From: Eledone cirrhosa | Taxonomy: Eukaryota | Direction: 5' to 3' | Length of the DNA: 64,000 bases | Assembly: GCA_964016885.1 (NCBI GenBank) | Contig: OZ024743.1 | Span: forward strand, 69,564,001-69,628,000 | Shown here: piece after piece, positions 28,276 to 41,159 of the stretch | Numbering within the stretch: position 1 is the stretch's first letter | Layout of the letters: every line of letters starts with the position of its first letter | The notes under the pieces: model-generated | Database searches by the model: none | What the model was told of the DNA's origin: nothing | The model's input: the letters and a program-made list of their open reading frames with translations, nothing else | Program-made: the position numbers and the translations under genes

Positions 28276-28772
28276 AGCAACAACTCCCATATATTCAAAT
28301 ACACACATATATATATATGAAAAAATCGGGACCACCATGGCTGAGCTCCTGCCGTTTCAAATATATATATAAACGTACGAAAATTAACAAAGATAGGACA
28401 AGACAACGAAGGGAACAAAACGAAAAAGAATTTTTGAAGGGGAAACCTTAAAAAATTATTTTTTAAAATAAAAATACAAACGAAAGACACATAACTCCAG
28501 GGTCATCGGCCGTTGAGATGGACTTAGGCAGTTATATATACCTATGTTCTAGGGTATATTCTAATTGGTAGCTGGGGTTGTGATCGTGTCGCACCAATCA
28601 CCAAACCATATTGTAATTAAGAGGAAATACTTGATGTCATCTATACCACAATTTTCAACATGTTATCTAATGGGTAACGCAAGACAGGGTAAAATACATT
28701 AATAATATATTACGAAAGCAAGATCTTATAACTTCTGTAATCCCATATTTTTCATAAACATCCCGTATATTA

Positions 28773-28971
28773 ATGGCAGAACCTATATACTGCTTTACAG
28801 TATATAGTTACGGCTTTTACGTTCTAAGTTCAAATCCCACTGAGGTTATTTTCACTTTTCATCTTTACGTGGTTGATAAAATAAAGTACCAGTCACATAC
28901 TGGTTCTCGATTTAATCGACTTTTTCCTCCCCACAAAAATTGCTGGCCTTGTTCTGAATCAGAAATCAATA
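28773..28971 (+). mobile_element. SINE family A, diverged copy
   Basis: B box, core and GGCCTTGTTCTGAATCAGAAATCAAT end. Confidence 0.75.
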
Positions 28972-29258
28972 TACAATACGTACATTTATATGTACATCGC
29001 TATGAAGGGGCATAAATATATATTTTTTTATTCACTATTAATTTCATATCAGTTCTCTATCAGTTACTACTAGGTGGTTTTATACTGGCCTAGTTATAAA
29101 TCTTTATTTACGGATTTCCTCTTTATACCCTTAGGACCCTATCCCATTTTTTAAATTTTACTTATCTTTATATTCGCAAATAGTCTATCAATTTATCTAT
29201 TTACGTAACTGTGAGCAGCGGGTAATTATTTTTTACTTATTTATTATCATTATATTGG

Positions 29259-30222
29259 AAGGTTAACTTTGCCTTTCATCCTTACGGGGTCGATAAAATA
29301 AAGTACCAGTAATTCACTGTAATTGCTGGCCTTGTGCCAAAAGTAGAAACAATTATATTGGAAGAATCAGTAACGTGTCGGACATCATGCTTTGCATCAG
29401 AGAGTTACGGCCCTTTACGTTCTGAGTTAAAGTCCCGCCGAGGTTAGCTTTAAGTTTCATCCTTGCATGGTCCATAACATAAAGTACCAGTAATGCACTG
29501 GGTAGATTTAATCGAATTTCCCCTCCTCCAGAATTGTTAGCCATGTGCCTAAATCAGAAACCATTATTATTAGGCAGTATCGGTAGAGGGTCGGACGCCA
29601 TGCTTTAACGCAAAGAGTTACGGCTCTTTCCATTCTGAGTTCAAATCCCACCGAGGTTAACTTTGACTTTCATCCTTACGGGGTCAATAAAATAAAGTTC
29701 CAGTAATACACTGAGTAATTGCTGTCCTTGTGCCAAAAGTAGAAACAATTATTATTATTAAACAGCGGTATGGCGGTGGATTTGCAGAATCGGTAGAGCG
29801 TCGGACATGGTCAGCGGAACTGAGTGATGGCCCTTTTCGTTCTGAGTTAAAATCCCGCCGATGTTAGCTTTTCCTTTCATGCTTCCGGGGTCGTTAAAAT
29901 TAAAACTATAGTAATGCACCGGGGTCGATTTAATCGACTTTCCCTTCCCCTCAAATTACTCGCCTAGTGCCTATACTAGAAATCATTATTAAAGGGCAGT
30001 GGATTACAGTATCGGTACAGGGTCAGACACCATGCTTTGCAGCATAGAGTTACGGTTTTTTAAGTTCTGAGTTCAAATCTCGCCGAGGTTAACTTTGTCT
30101 TTCATCCTTACGGGGTCGAGAAAATAAAATATCACTCACGCTCTAGGGTCGATTTAATAGACTTTCCCTCCCCCAAAATTGCTGGCCTTGTGCCTGAATC
30201 ACAAGCCATTATTATTATTATT
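29259..30222 (+). mobile_element. Head-to-tail array of five SINE family A copies
   Basis: Five cores, each ending in AGAAACAATT/AGAAACCATT-like sequence plus (ATT)n. The copies differ from one another. Confidence 0.9.
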
Positions 30223-30764
30223 GTTTACCTCTTGCATTTCTCCCATTTTCTGGTATGTACTTTCATACTGGTAGCCATTGTGTGTGCGAAGTGGCAAAAG
30301 ATGTTTGTGCGTTGGTGTGTGAGAACGTTTGCTCAAAGATCAACTATTATATAATTATATGTATGGCCGTTTCTCTTACATGTCAGCGTGTCCACGTGGA
30401 AGATATTGTTGCTTGTTCAATATTTGGTATTGGAAGGCATATATACATATTTATGTTTTCCATAAATGTAAACCTCCATTTATGTGCTCCTTGGTAGACT
30501 TTCAGTAATATGACAGTGGAGGTATTCGTCTTGGATTATATATACGGTTACTTAAGGGGGCGAGTAGAGGTGTTGGGTGACCCCCACTTGGCTTCTGTGT
30601 CGTTGTCTGTGGTGTGGGGCATTCCAAGGACATATAGATTATTCAGACAGATTACCGTCATGTTTCATGTTGGGTTCCTTCAGATGTAAAATTTGCAGGC
30701 AGTCCCCGTGTCGAATTGTAATGTTCAATGTCTTATTCTCCTGTGGGTGTATCGTGACCATGGT

Positions 30765-31516
30765 CATTTTTTCATTTATTCTCTCAATATTACATCTCTT
30801 TAAGTTAATGTATTGTTGTTTGTCTTTGAGTATTTTAAATGCTATAGCTCAACACAATTCTTTTTTTTTATTAACTGTTATACATAAACATATTCTCATC
30901 TATATTTTATGGACTGAAGCTACACAATGATGGGAATAGTAAAAAAATATATAAAGGCAAACTAAGTAATGAAAAAGGTGGATGGAGTAAAGAAGAACAG
31001 ATCTGGTCGTATATGAAACAACTATAAATACCATAGATATGAAGTAACGGAGAGAAAGACTAAGGAGTATTTGGCAGAGTAAATATATTATTATATCTCA
31101 TAACTTACATTTATTTTCTTCTTAATTTTATATATTATATCATTTTTAATTATTGTTTCTTATATATCATGTCCATGTTTTATATTACGTAGTATCAACT
31201 GAAAGTTTCAAAGCGAGAAACACCTGCTATTAATGAACACTGTGCTTGTTGTCTGGTATATATATATACAATGATATTAAATAAATAATGAAAACTATAC
31301 TTTTAAAACTATTTATTTCATTATATATATTTCATGGGTAACCAAGACAACATTGAAATATATATAATACAATAAATATAGTTTCCATTTATTTAATATC
31401 ATTGAATATTTACTCCAGTAATTTGTTGAGTGCTCTAAATCAGTTATAAACATTTATGTTTGTCGGACTTCCAACAAATTAAATACCACTTCCACTTATA
31501 TATATATATATACATA

Positions 31517-31594
<78 letters not shown>

Positions 31595-32848
31595 CGGAGA
31601 AAGCTAATAGCGATACTCGGGGCAAATTCCAACTCACTCAACAAACATTAGGAAATACCTGAGTATATTCCTAATTAACCTTTCGGGGTGATAACTAATT
31701 GTATTGTGTGGAAAATTGGCTGTATCATTTCATATGAGATATATCAAATATATCACTTCCCAGACGACTCGTTTCATTATAAGATTTCTACAAGTTGGGT
31801 GAAATTATATCAAATTTTGTAGAAGCTTGTATAAGATCAACAAATACTTATTCAAGTGGGCTCTTATAATTCTTCACTGGGTGCCCAATAATATTAATAT
31901 TGATAACCAAATCAAAATATATATATATATATAGGAAAAAGTATGACCCCGACGGCAGAGTTCAAGCCGTTGCGACGGCTATTTCTGGACTAAATTTGAA
32001 TTTTCAGCCTGGTGAAACGGTTCCATCATGATACCGTGACGCAATCTATGACACGACGTCTTCAGATGGCCTATTAGGTAATCCATTTGTAAGGCACTGT
32101 AATGTATCGGTATGGACATATACTTGCTTTTTTTTATTTTACCACTCACTATTACCATGTCTGCTTGCCCCTCGATGTGAAGTTTTTTGGTGGTGTTACT
32201 GGCAAGCACTTCTCTAGCTATAACACCTTATTCTTTGTCAGAATCTTTCGCATGAGGCTTCCGCTTTGATGTGGTTATAGCAGTCAACACATTCGTTGTC
32301 TCCATCCACAGTATTATCTTTTAAGGGGGGCTTGTCCGACTACTGTATGTGTTTGATTTTTCTGGCACCAGACAACAAGCATAACGGTGTTTAACTTTAA
32401 TAGTAGGTGTTTCTCGCTTTGAAACTTTAGGTTGATACTATGTAACATAAAATATGGACATGGAATATGAGCAACAATAATTAAAAATGATATAATATAT
32501 AACATAAGAAGAAAATAAATGTAAGTTATGAGATATAATTTATATTTACTCAGCCAAATACTCCTTGGTCTTTTCCTCCATTTCTTTATATCTATGTAGT
32601 AGTTTCATATACGACCAGATCTGTTCTTCTTTACTCCATCCACCTTTTTAATTTAGTTTGTCTTTATCTATTTTTTACTATTTCCAAAATTGTATAACTC
32701 CAGTCCGTAAAATATGGTTTAGAATGTTTATGTATAACAGATAATAAAAAAGAAGTCTGTTGAGCTATAGCATTTAAAATACTCAAAGACAATCAACAAT
32801 ACATTAACTTAAAGAGATGTAATATTGAGGGAATAAATGACAAAAAAA
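30765..32848. repeat. Long inverted repeat, arms ~30765-31257 and ~32368-32848
   Basis: Arms are reverse-complementary over ~490 bp with scattered mismatches, e.g. GGTGGATGGAGTAAAGAAGAACAGATCTGGTCGTATATGAAAC and its complement. Confidence 0.9.
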
Positions 32849-33009
32849 ACAGTAACATATACAGGTACTTATGTTTCGTTCGTTGGGCTGTACGACACAA
32901 CTCATTCAGCCAGTTATATAAATTAAACTTAAGCCATTCTAAGCACTAGGTGCTCTTACCTTTGGATAATTCTTCCAAAACTTATACATAAATATATATA
33001 TATATATAA

Positions 33010-33049
<40 letters not shown>

Positions 33050-34576
33050 TAAAAACAACTATGCACGTTTATACATTATAACATTAATGGAACCACTATA
33101 TCCTGTAATTTTGTCGTTGTTGTGGTTATCGTTGTTGTGTAGCACACAGTCCATACTACATCGAGCACTTTCTATCCAAGACTATTGTATGGTAAGATTT
33201 GTAGTAGGTTACTTTGCCAGGAGTCTACCAAGCTAACAAGCAGATGGTTCCTCTTACTTATTGCTGTTGCTGCTGTTGTTGTTGTTGCTGCTGTTACTGT
33301 TACTGTTGTTTTTACAAATATATGTTGAAGAACTTCAGGAATTCTTTTTACAGTTTGTCAACCACAATATGACAAACACTTCCTGCAAAACCTATTGAGA
33401 TACGCCAAAAATATATGAGCTAAAATAATAACAAATATATGAATAAAACTACTATAAACGGCAACTAAAACCGCAACAACAACATCAACTACAATAGAAG
33501 CACAACTATATCAGCACCAACAAAAATAAAATACTGTGTCAGCAGTCGTTCCACTTGTTATAGACGCCATATCCTTTTCCAAATCCCACGCTAGATAGGA
33601 CATATTGGATAATGCTGTCCTAACTATGTGTGGAGTCGTAGGGACATGATAGTGACATTTCATAGGTATTTTTTAAACCTGGTGGAGCCCATCTCCTTTC
33701 CAGGTTTGAAAACATGATTTCTTCCAGATAAGAAAAGAGGTAAAGACATATAGAGGAAGAATCGACCCCAGTGAAGAACTGTCATTTATTTTTACCAACT
33801 TTGAAAGGATGAAAGGTAAAGATGACCTTAGTGGGAGTTGAACTCAGAGTGCAAAGAATAGTAACGAATACTGCCAAACCACGGCCATGTTCTAAATAAA
33901 CTATCTACTAAAATATAAAAGCCTTGTGTATTTGTCAGTGACATACTAGAGATGACTGAGGAAGGAACGGGTGATTACGCCGCATGAGGAAGGAAGGGGT
34001 GTGTTTGTGTGTTTTTATCACTTTTGTGAGTGAGTGCGAAGGAACTAACAAACAAACATGCCTCTTTTATAATATGTATAGATATAACAATTAGCCGTCA
34101 TTTTTGACGACACGGGTCCAGCTTGTATATATATATAATAAATAAGAAGAGATAACACAGGCTGGAAAACCGTTGATTATAAATCAATTAGTTCATCTGA
34201 GCAGATCATATTATCATATAACAGTTACAACAACATTGGCTATAGAGATATATATTAATTATAAAACTAATATGGATTTCTATTTTAGACACAAAACCAA
34301 TAATTTTGTCGGTAGAAAAATTGTCACGTTTTACCTATACAAGAAATCCTTTTGTTTATTAATGTAGTCATATACAGCGACAAAAATTTGTCATTTGCTA
34401 CTTATAAAACCATTACAATGTGATAATTTAATTAATATAATATTGTTGGAATTTTATAATAAAATTGTTAGTTTCCAGGCGAGGAATTGGAAATTTCGTT
34501 TAGATATCAAGATAAATGTTTCGGTATTGGTACCAGTTCATTGTACTTTGATTTTAAGTTCGGCAAAGTTAAGCAT

Positions 34577-34832
34577 GTGAAGGCGCATGGCTTAGTGGTT
34601 AGAGCATTGGACTTGCAATCGAAAGGTTGTGAGTTCAAATATCGGACCGGGTGATGTGTTGTTTCCTTGAGCAACACACTTTATTTCACGTTGCTCCAGT
34701 TTACTCAGCTGTAGAAATGAGATGATAGGACTAGTGTCCCTATCATTAAATCACCCAAGACACATCCAACGAGATATACCTTGGAGGAAGTCAACTAAAC
34801 CTGCATAGGTGTGAGCTGTCACACATACACAC
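34577..34832 (+). mobile_element. SINE family B
   Basis: Full tRNA-like head, CORE-like centre, internal hairpin TGATAGGAC..GTCCCTATCA, and (CA)n tail. Confidence 0.88.
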
Positions 34833-35114
34833 AAAGTTAAACATAGCTTTTCCCACTTTGCGTTCGATAAATAAAATACCAGTCCTGTGAAGGTCTTTTC
34901 TTTTCCTTTTTCTTTTTTTTTTGTTCTTTCTCCCTTTTTTCTAACTTTTCTTCTTTTTCTGAAGACCTCGGGAGAAGCTTCCTCAATTACGCTTTCCAGA
35001 GGCTTCCGTGGCATTGGATTTTTGTAAGTGTCGCTATCTGATCCGGCACTGTTCAATTCCTGCCACTTCTATCAGATACTAATTGGAAATGTCCAAAATG
35101 GAAAAAAAACAATT

Positions 35115-35350
35115 GAAACATAGTTTCCTTTGTACAATCTGACGATCAGCTCTTTTATTCTGCCAGAAGCTGCGATTGACTGACTATCAACAATGCAAAT
35201 ATCAATGGAAACATAGTTTCTTTGGTCCAATATGATAATCAACGTCTTTCATTTGCCAGGAATTGCGAACCGTTTATTTTATCAGCAATTAAAAGAACAA
35301 AATGACATCGTTTCCTTCGTTCGAACTCATGATCGACTCCTTTGCCATAA
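35115..35350. repeat. Degenerate ~94-bp tandem repeat, 2.5-3 copies
   Basis: ACATAGTTTC-like starts at ~35118, ~35211 and ~35305 with similar downstream sequence. Confidence 0.6.
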
Positions 35351-36219
35351 TTTCCTGGGCAGCAAAGTCTGATCAGACAATTTAACAAGACTGTTTAGCT
35401 TTCACTTCATTTACTAATTATTTCCCCGATAAATTGGAGGGACGACCAAACAGAAAAGTAAAGCAATTTCAGCTCAGATCTGCTGTATCCATATCAAGAA
35501 AGCATTTAGATGTTAGAGTCCTGTATTTTCTCGATCTCCTCTAACGTTTCCCTTCTCCACAAACATCAACAACAATACCACCACCACCATCAAGAACAAC
35601 ACTACACACAACAAATGCTCCAACTTTAAGCGTATATACAGTACATGTAGTCCGACTTCTAAATGATATCTAAGAAATACTGTAATTTAATTGTTTAATT
35701 GATATAATCTATCAAATATCTGACAGATTTCGTGTGGCAGACAATCAAAAGAAACTGATTTTTTCCTTTCCCCACTTCACGATACCCTTAATCCGACCTG
35801 TTAATTATCGCTAAAGGCATGACATTATCCATTAATAATCTGCAATTTCTACGTCTAAATCTTCATTGAGGATAAGTGTCTAACACAGATTTGTATATGT
35901 ACATAAAGCTTGAGATTAAGTGTTGCTCTAGGTATATAGTGATGTATTTCTAATGTTATTGTTGCCGTTGTTATTTTGTTGTTGTTGTTGTTGTTGCCGT
36001 GGTAATGATTTTCGGTTTAATTCCATGCTACTAATGGTGGCGGTAGTCATGATGGACAAGTTCAGTTGTGGGTGGTGATGCCTGGTGGTCTTCAACAGGT
36101 TGTCTCTACTTATTATATATTTAGGGAATACAAATCACTCTAAACAACAACAACAACAACAATGCATGGTGTCCAACGCTCTACCAATATAATAATAATA
36201 ATGATAATAACAATAATAA

Positions 36220-36414
36220 TAATAATAATAATTGTTTCTACTTTAGGCACAAGGCCAGCAATTACCCAGTGCATTACTGGTACTTTATTTTATCGACCCC
36301 GCAAGGATGAAAGGCAAAGTCAACCTCGGCGGGATTTGAACTCAGATCGTAAAGGGACGTAACTATGCTGGAAAGCATGGCGTCCGACCCTCTACCCATA
36401 CTGCCAATCCACCG
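36220..36414 (-). mobile_element. SINE family A
   Basis: Full reverse-complement copy between (AAT)n tracts. Confidence 0.88.
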
Positions 36415-36424
36415 ATAATAATAA

Positions 36425-36511
36425 TAATATCTGAGGCTGCAGGTAGTGGCTTGATATTCATTTCAACAAATTTTCCAGTTAACTAACATCAATGACTGAG
36501 ACTCAAAGAAC

Positions 36512-36540
<29 letters not shown>
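36425..36540 (+). mobile_element. 3' tip of the R4/Dong-like element plus (AAT)n
   Basis: Nearly identical to 42593-42712. Confidence 0.88.
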
Positions 36541-36543
<3 letters not shown>

Positions 36544-39500
36544 TTTCTTTATTGGCCACAAGGGCTGACATCAAGAAAAATATTACAGACGGCACAGGAC
36601 GGTACAGGACGGTACGATGTGGGTTTTGTGCGTGTAAATATTTTTATTATTTATATAAGAAAAGAAAAAAAAGGACATAGATACATATATATATATATAT
36701 ATATAAATAATAAAAATGAAAATTGAAACAATGAAAAATTCCCTAATAGGGGGGAAACCTCCGAGGGTTACTCGTGGCGAAAACCACACAAAAGACCACA
36801 GCGACCCTGACCACCAGGGCAAGCGCCCTCTCTCAATTTTTCCATCTCTCAAACTACAGACGTATATTCAGAGTTCACTCGGACCATTCTCGCTACATTC
36901 ACCCACCTTTCAACAAACTTGCTAGAAAGCAGCACTTGCCTCTCCACCCTGATTTTCCTCTTCAAGTGAAACTTGAAAAAGTTAATTAGGGATTCGCCGA
37001 AGAGGAAAGTGTCTGTCTTTAACCCTTTTAACCTTGTCCACCGCACAATCTCTTTCGCCATGGCCACCAGGCAGATGAAAACCGCCTGCCCTTCTTCCTC
37101 GAAGGTAGACAGCGAGACCATCTGCACAATGGACTCAGTCGACAACCGGATCAGTCCCACACGCGCAGCAACTGTTCGACATAGCTCCACAAGTCAGCAA
37201 TGCTCGGGCGCTGAACGTGTGCGTGCACGACGGTTTCGTCGCTCTGCGCGCATCTCCGACAGGCTCGGCTGACGGCACTGCCGTACCCGTAGAGTTTATC
37301 TCGAACCGGCAACGCTCCCCGGTAGCACTGTTAGGCCAGGGATTTTTGGAAGTTATTCATAGGCCCCGGGCTGAAAGTCCTCCGGAAGAGAGCAAACAGC
37401 TGATCTTCTTCGACGCCCAGGATCTCTCCGAGAATGTCGTCGCTCTTCCCCTCCACTAGTCCTCTATAGAACGCCGAGGTGGATGTTCCACCGATACTGG
37501 TTCCCAGCTGGGAGAGGGCAGTGAGCGCCTGCAGACATTCCAGTTTCCAAGCGCTATCCCTCGGTCTTTTTCTGACCCAGGACTGCAGCTCTGTCAAGGA
37601 GACGAGCTGTGGGAAAACGTGCCTGGAGAACGGCGACCACACCTGTTCACCATCAAGGATGCACCAGAGATGTCGCAGCCTCAGTGCATGTTTGCGCATC
37701 ATCAGCCATGGCATGCCCAATCCTCCACGCAACGGGTGTTGACAGCAGATGGATCGTCTGACCATGGGAGCGCGTCCCTTCCACAAAAAGCGGAAGAGGA
37801 GGCGCTCCATTTTGGCGAGAGTTGGGCTGGAGCAAAGGACGACAGTGAGGCGGTAGCAGATGACGGATGCGATGTACGCATTCGCCACCTCCGCCAGGCC
37901 TTTCAGGGACAGCTTCTCTCAACCCATTTCTGGGTGAGCGAGGCCACCCTGCTCGTCACATCGTTCCAGTTTTTCTCCATCTGGAGGTCCGGTCCGAACC
38001 AGACCCCGAGCAATTTAACCAGTCCGTCCGTCCAACGCTAAACGACGCTGTCGGACGGCATGGACTTGCCTCTCCAGGTGCCGTGCTGCAAGCCCACCGA
38101 CTTTTCATGGTTTATCTTTGCTCCTGTCACCGCTTCGTATTCATTGAGAGCGGTGCCGAGCATCTGGACGTGTCTGGTGCTCGACACCACCACCCTGACG
38201 TCGTCAGCGTAAGCCGACTCGGATTTCCCGCATCAACGTTCGCGTGGGACGCCCCTCATCGCCCCCAGTTTGTGCAGTAACGGCTCGAGAGCCAATACGT
38301 ACAAGAGGGACGAGAGGAGACAATCCTGGCGGACTGAGCGCATGATGCTGAACGGCTGCGACAGGTGACCGTTCACCCTCACAACTGAGCAGATGTCGTT
38401 GTTCATTGCTGCGATCCAACCCCTGAAAACGGGCCCGAAACCCGCTGCCTCGAGGACCGCCGCCAGGTACCGATGGTCGACCCTATCGAATGCTTTGGAT
38501 TGATTCAATTTGATCAGGGCCCCACCCGTGCCAGGTTCCTTAACCACCCTCTCTATGATGTATCGCATGAGGTGGAGATTGTCGTGTATGGATCTGTCAG
38601 GAATGGCGCATGTCTGCGCCTCTCCCACCAGACTGTTGACGACAAGCGCTAACCTCGTTTCTAACACCTTGGCCAAAATCTTGACCTCTGCGTTTAGCAG
38701 GGTTATGGGCCTGAAATTATCGATAACATCCCCCTTGTTTGGGTCTTTTCTCAGCAGCGCCACTGCTCCTCCTCTCACAAAATTGGGAATGCTGCCGTTC
38801 TGCTGCCATTTGCAGTAGACGTCTCCTAAGAGGGCACCGAACAAGTCTGGCATAAATGCATAAAGCTTGTAGGCAGACCATCCAAACCTGGCGATTTACT
38901 TCTTGTGCAGTTAACCATTGCTTCCCGTATTTCACCGACTGTTATTGGCTTTCGCAACACTGTGCTGCGGTCTTCGGGAGCCGAGGCAGTCAGTAGATGT
39001 ATGCACTGAAGTCCATGCCCCGATCCGGGCCGCCGCCGCTCCCGAACAGTTCAGCAAAGTGCTGCTGAAAGGCTTCACACATCCTCTCGGTTTCGAGCAT
39101 CACGCACCCGTTTTGGTCAGACAAAGACCGAATTGTGGCTTTGTTGCCACGTCGCGCCTCTGCCACCCGGGCCCATTGGACGGCTTTTGTCCCCTCATGT
39201 TTCAGAGCACGCGCTCTAGCTCTGACAACGCAGCCTTCGTGTTTTGCGTTGAAGAATTGGTCGAGTGCCAATCTCGCCGCAAGCACGTCGGATGCGATGC
39301 CTTTCCTAAACGCCTCTTCTAGCTTTCTGACTAGCTCTCCCTCTACTCTATTTTCCTCTATCACTACTCCTTTGCTAAACCTAATTGACTCTCCCTTAAT
39401 TGCCCTTTTCAGGCCTACCACCACCTGTTGTTGATGATCGCTCCCGTCAACGCCCGCTTAACTAATACGCTAATCCTGTCTCTGTAGGCTTTGCACGCCG

Positions 39501-40806
39501 GGAATGACGCGTTCAGCTTCCAGTAACCAGGCCCTTGTCTATGAAGTCTGTCTATGTCGATCTCATAGATCACAAATTTGTGGTCTGTGTAGTCGACTAT
39601 TTTAAATTGTGGACAACTTATACTAGCCTTATCTAGTTCTCTGCAGAAAACCCCATCGAGATACATCTGGATGACCCGATGCGGTTTGTCCATGTCCACA
39701 TTGGCACATTCGGGTGATCCAGTCGATACCTGTCAGAAAATTCAAAACGTCTGAGCAGGTTGGTGAGACTCTTGCACCCTCCTTCCCTATCCACTAGCCC
39801 AACACGATTCCAGCGTGCATCCAAGATACCGTTCCAGTCGCCCACTAACACTAAAGAGCGGGATGTTCCAAGAAAGTTCTCTAGACGTCTGAAGAAATCT
39901 GGCCGTCCTGCCCCTGTTGGGGCGTAGACGGCTACTAGCTTGAAAGCATTGCCTTCGCTGCCGGTCACGTCCAGCACCACCGACTTACCTTCTGGTTCTA
40001 GGAAGATGGCTCGTGTCGCGAGATCCAAGCCTCTCCGAAAAAGGACGGCAACCCCCTCCCTCGATCCTGGACGGCTGGGAGATGCCTATACATCGTAGTC
40101 GCCGAAGATCTGTGCGAAGGCTTGTGCTTCTGAGATTCTGGTTTCACTGATGGTCACCACATCTATGTTTAGTGACCTGTGGTCGTTGAGCAGGTGACCC
40201 TGCTTCCAAGATGACCCCAGGCCATGTGCATTTATACTGCCTATTCTGAGTACGGCAATGTTGGATGAGGAACGGGGCAAGTGAGAAAGGGTCACTTACC
40301 TTGTTCCTGTGGTGAAGGGACAGTAGAACCGTCCCTTTCGCTGGTCATGGGTGTTTCCAAGAGGATGTCAGTGTATATCCTCTTGGTACCCGACCCTCTG
40401 AGGGTCTCCAGCTGCGTTGGGGAATTTTTGTTTTAAAGGTTTGTACTGTTCTATTTAGATTTCGATGATGCTTATGTTTGTCGGGAGAGTTCTTAGTGTT
40501 GGTGGGGTCTAGTAGTTTTTTTCTGTGATATGTGTGCTGTTTTATATATTGTATGAGTTCTTTTTTTGCCATGTTTATGGCTGTGTACTTTTTGGTGGAG
40601 GGGTGATTTTGTTGCTGCTTTCTTCTTGTTGCTGTTTGGTGTGTGTGTCTTGTTGTGTTTGCGTTGTTGGTGTTTTGGGTGATGCTGGTGGTGGTGTGGT
40701 TGTTGTTGTCAGTGGTATTTGTGGTGGTGATGGTGGTGGTGTTGCTGCAAGTTTGCTTGCTGCCTTTACCCCACTTTGTATGCCTTCGCTTTTGGAGGGT
40801 GAATCT
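36541..40806 (-). mobile_element. Tx1/L1-clade LINE, frameshifted ORF2 with probable ORF1 remnant
   Basis: APE LRIGSINAHGL, ISETR, VAVYAP, VGDWNGILD, TDHK, GPGYWKLNAS; RT NFRPITLLNAEVKILAKVL, SKAFDRVDH, AYADDV; GGLGMP; AATAAA and (ATT)n tail. Assignment of 40345-40806 to ORF1 is inferred. Confidence 0.88.
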
Positions 40807-40816
40807 AATAATAATA

Positions 40817-41159
40817 AGGAGGTGATTGATGGTAAGCTCTCCCTTTCCCAACTTGTATCCTGCTCTCACGTTCGCAGTATAATGGTCAGGGGCATCAGGG
40901 CAAGGACAAACAACAGAGGGGACAGACTATCTCCCTGGAAGATACCTCTCTTGATCTTCACGCCTCCCAAGGATTCTCCAGAGTTAACATCAGCTGAAGA
41001 ATCCTTGGGAGGCGTGAAGATCAAGAGAGATATCTTCCAGGGAGACAGTCTGTCCCCTCTGTTGTTTGTCCTTGCCCTGATGCCCTTGACCATTATACTG
41101 CGAAAAGTGAGAGCAGGATACAAGTTGGGAAAGGGAGAGCTTACCATCAATCATCTCCT
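40817..41159. repeat. Fold-back inversion at the 5' end of the R4-like element
   Basis: 40817-40981 is the reverse complement of ~40995-41159, with only a few mismatches and a ~13-nt spacer. Confidence 0.95.

Noticed and set aside
34577-34652. Possible tRNA gene
   Set aside because: It is the head of SINE family B and continues into the SINE body in all three copies.
34880-35080. Possible host exon (ELNSAGSDSDTYKNPMPRKPLESVIEEASPEVFRKRRK, minus strand)
   Set aside because: No recognisable homology, no convincing splice sites and no partner exons.
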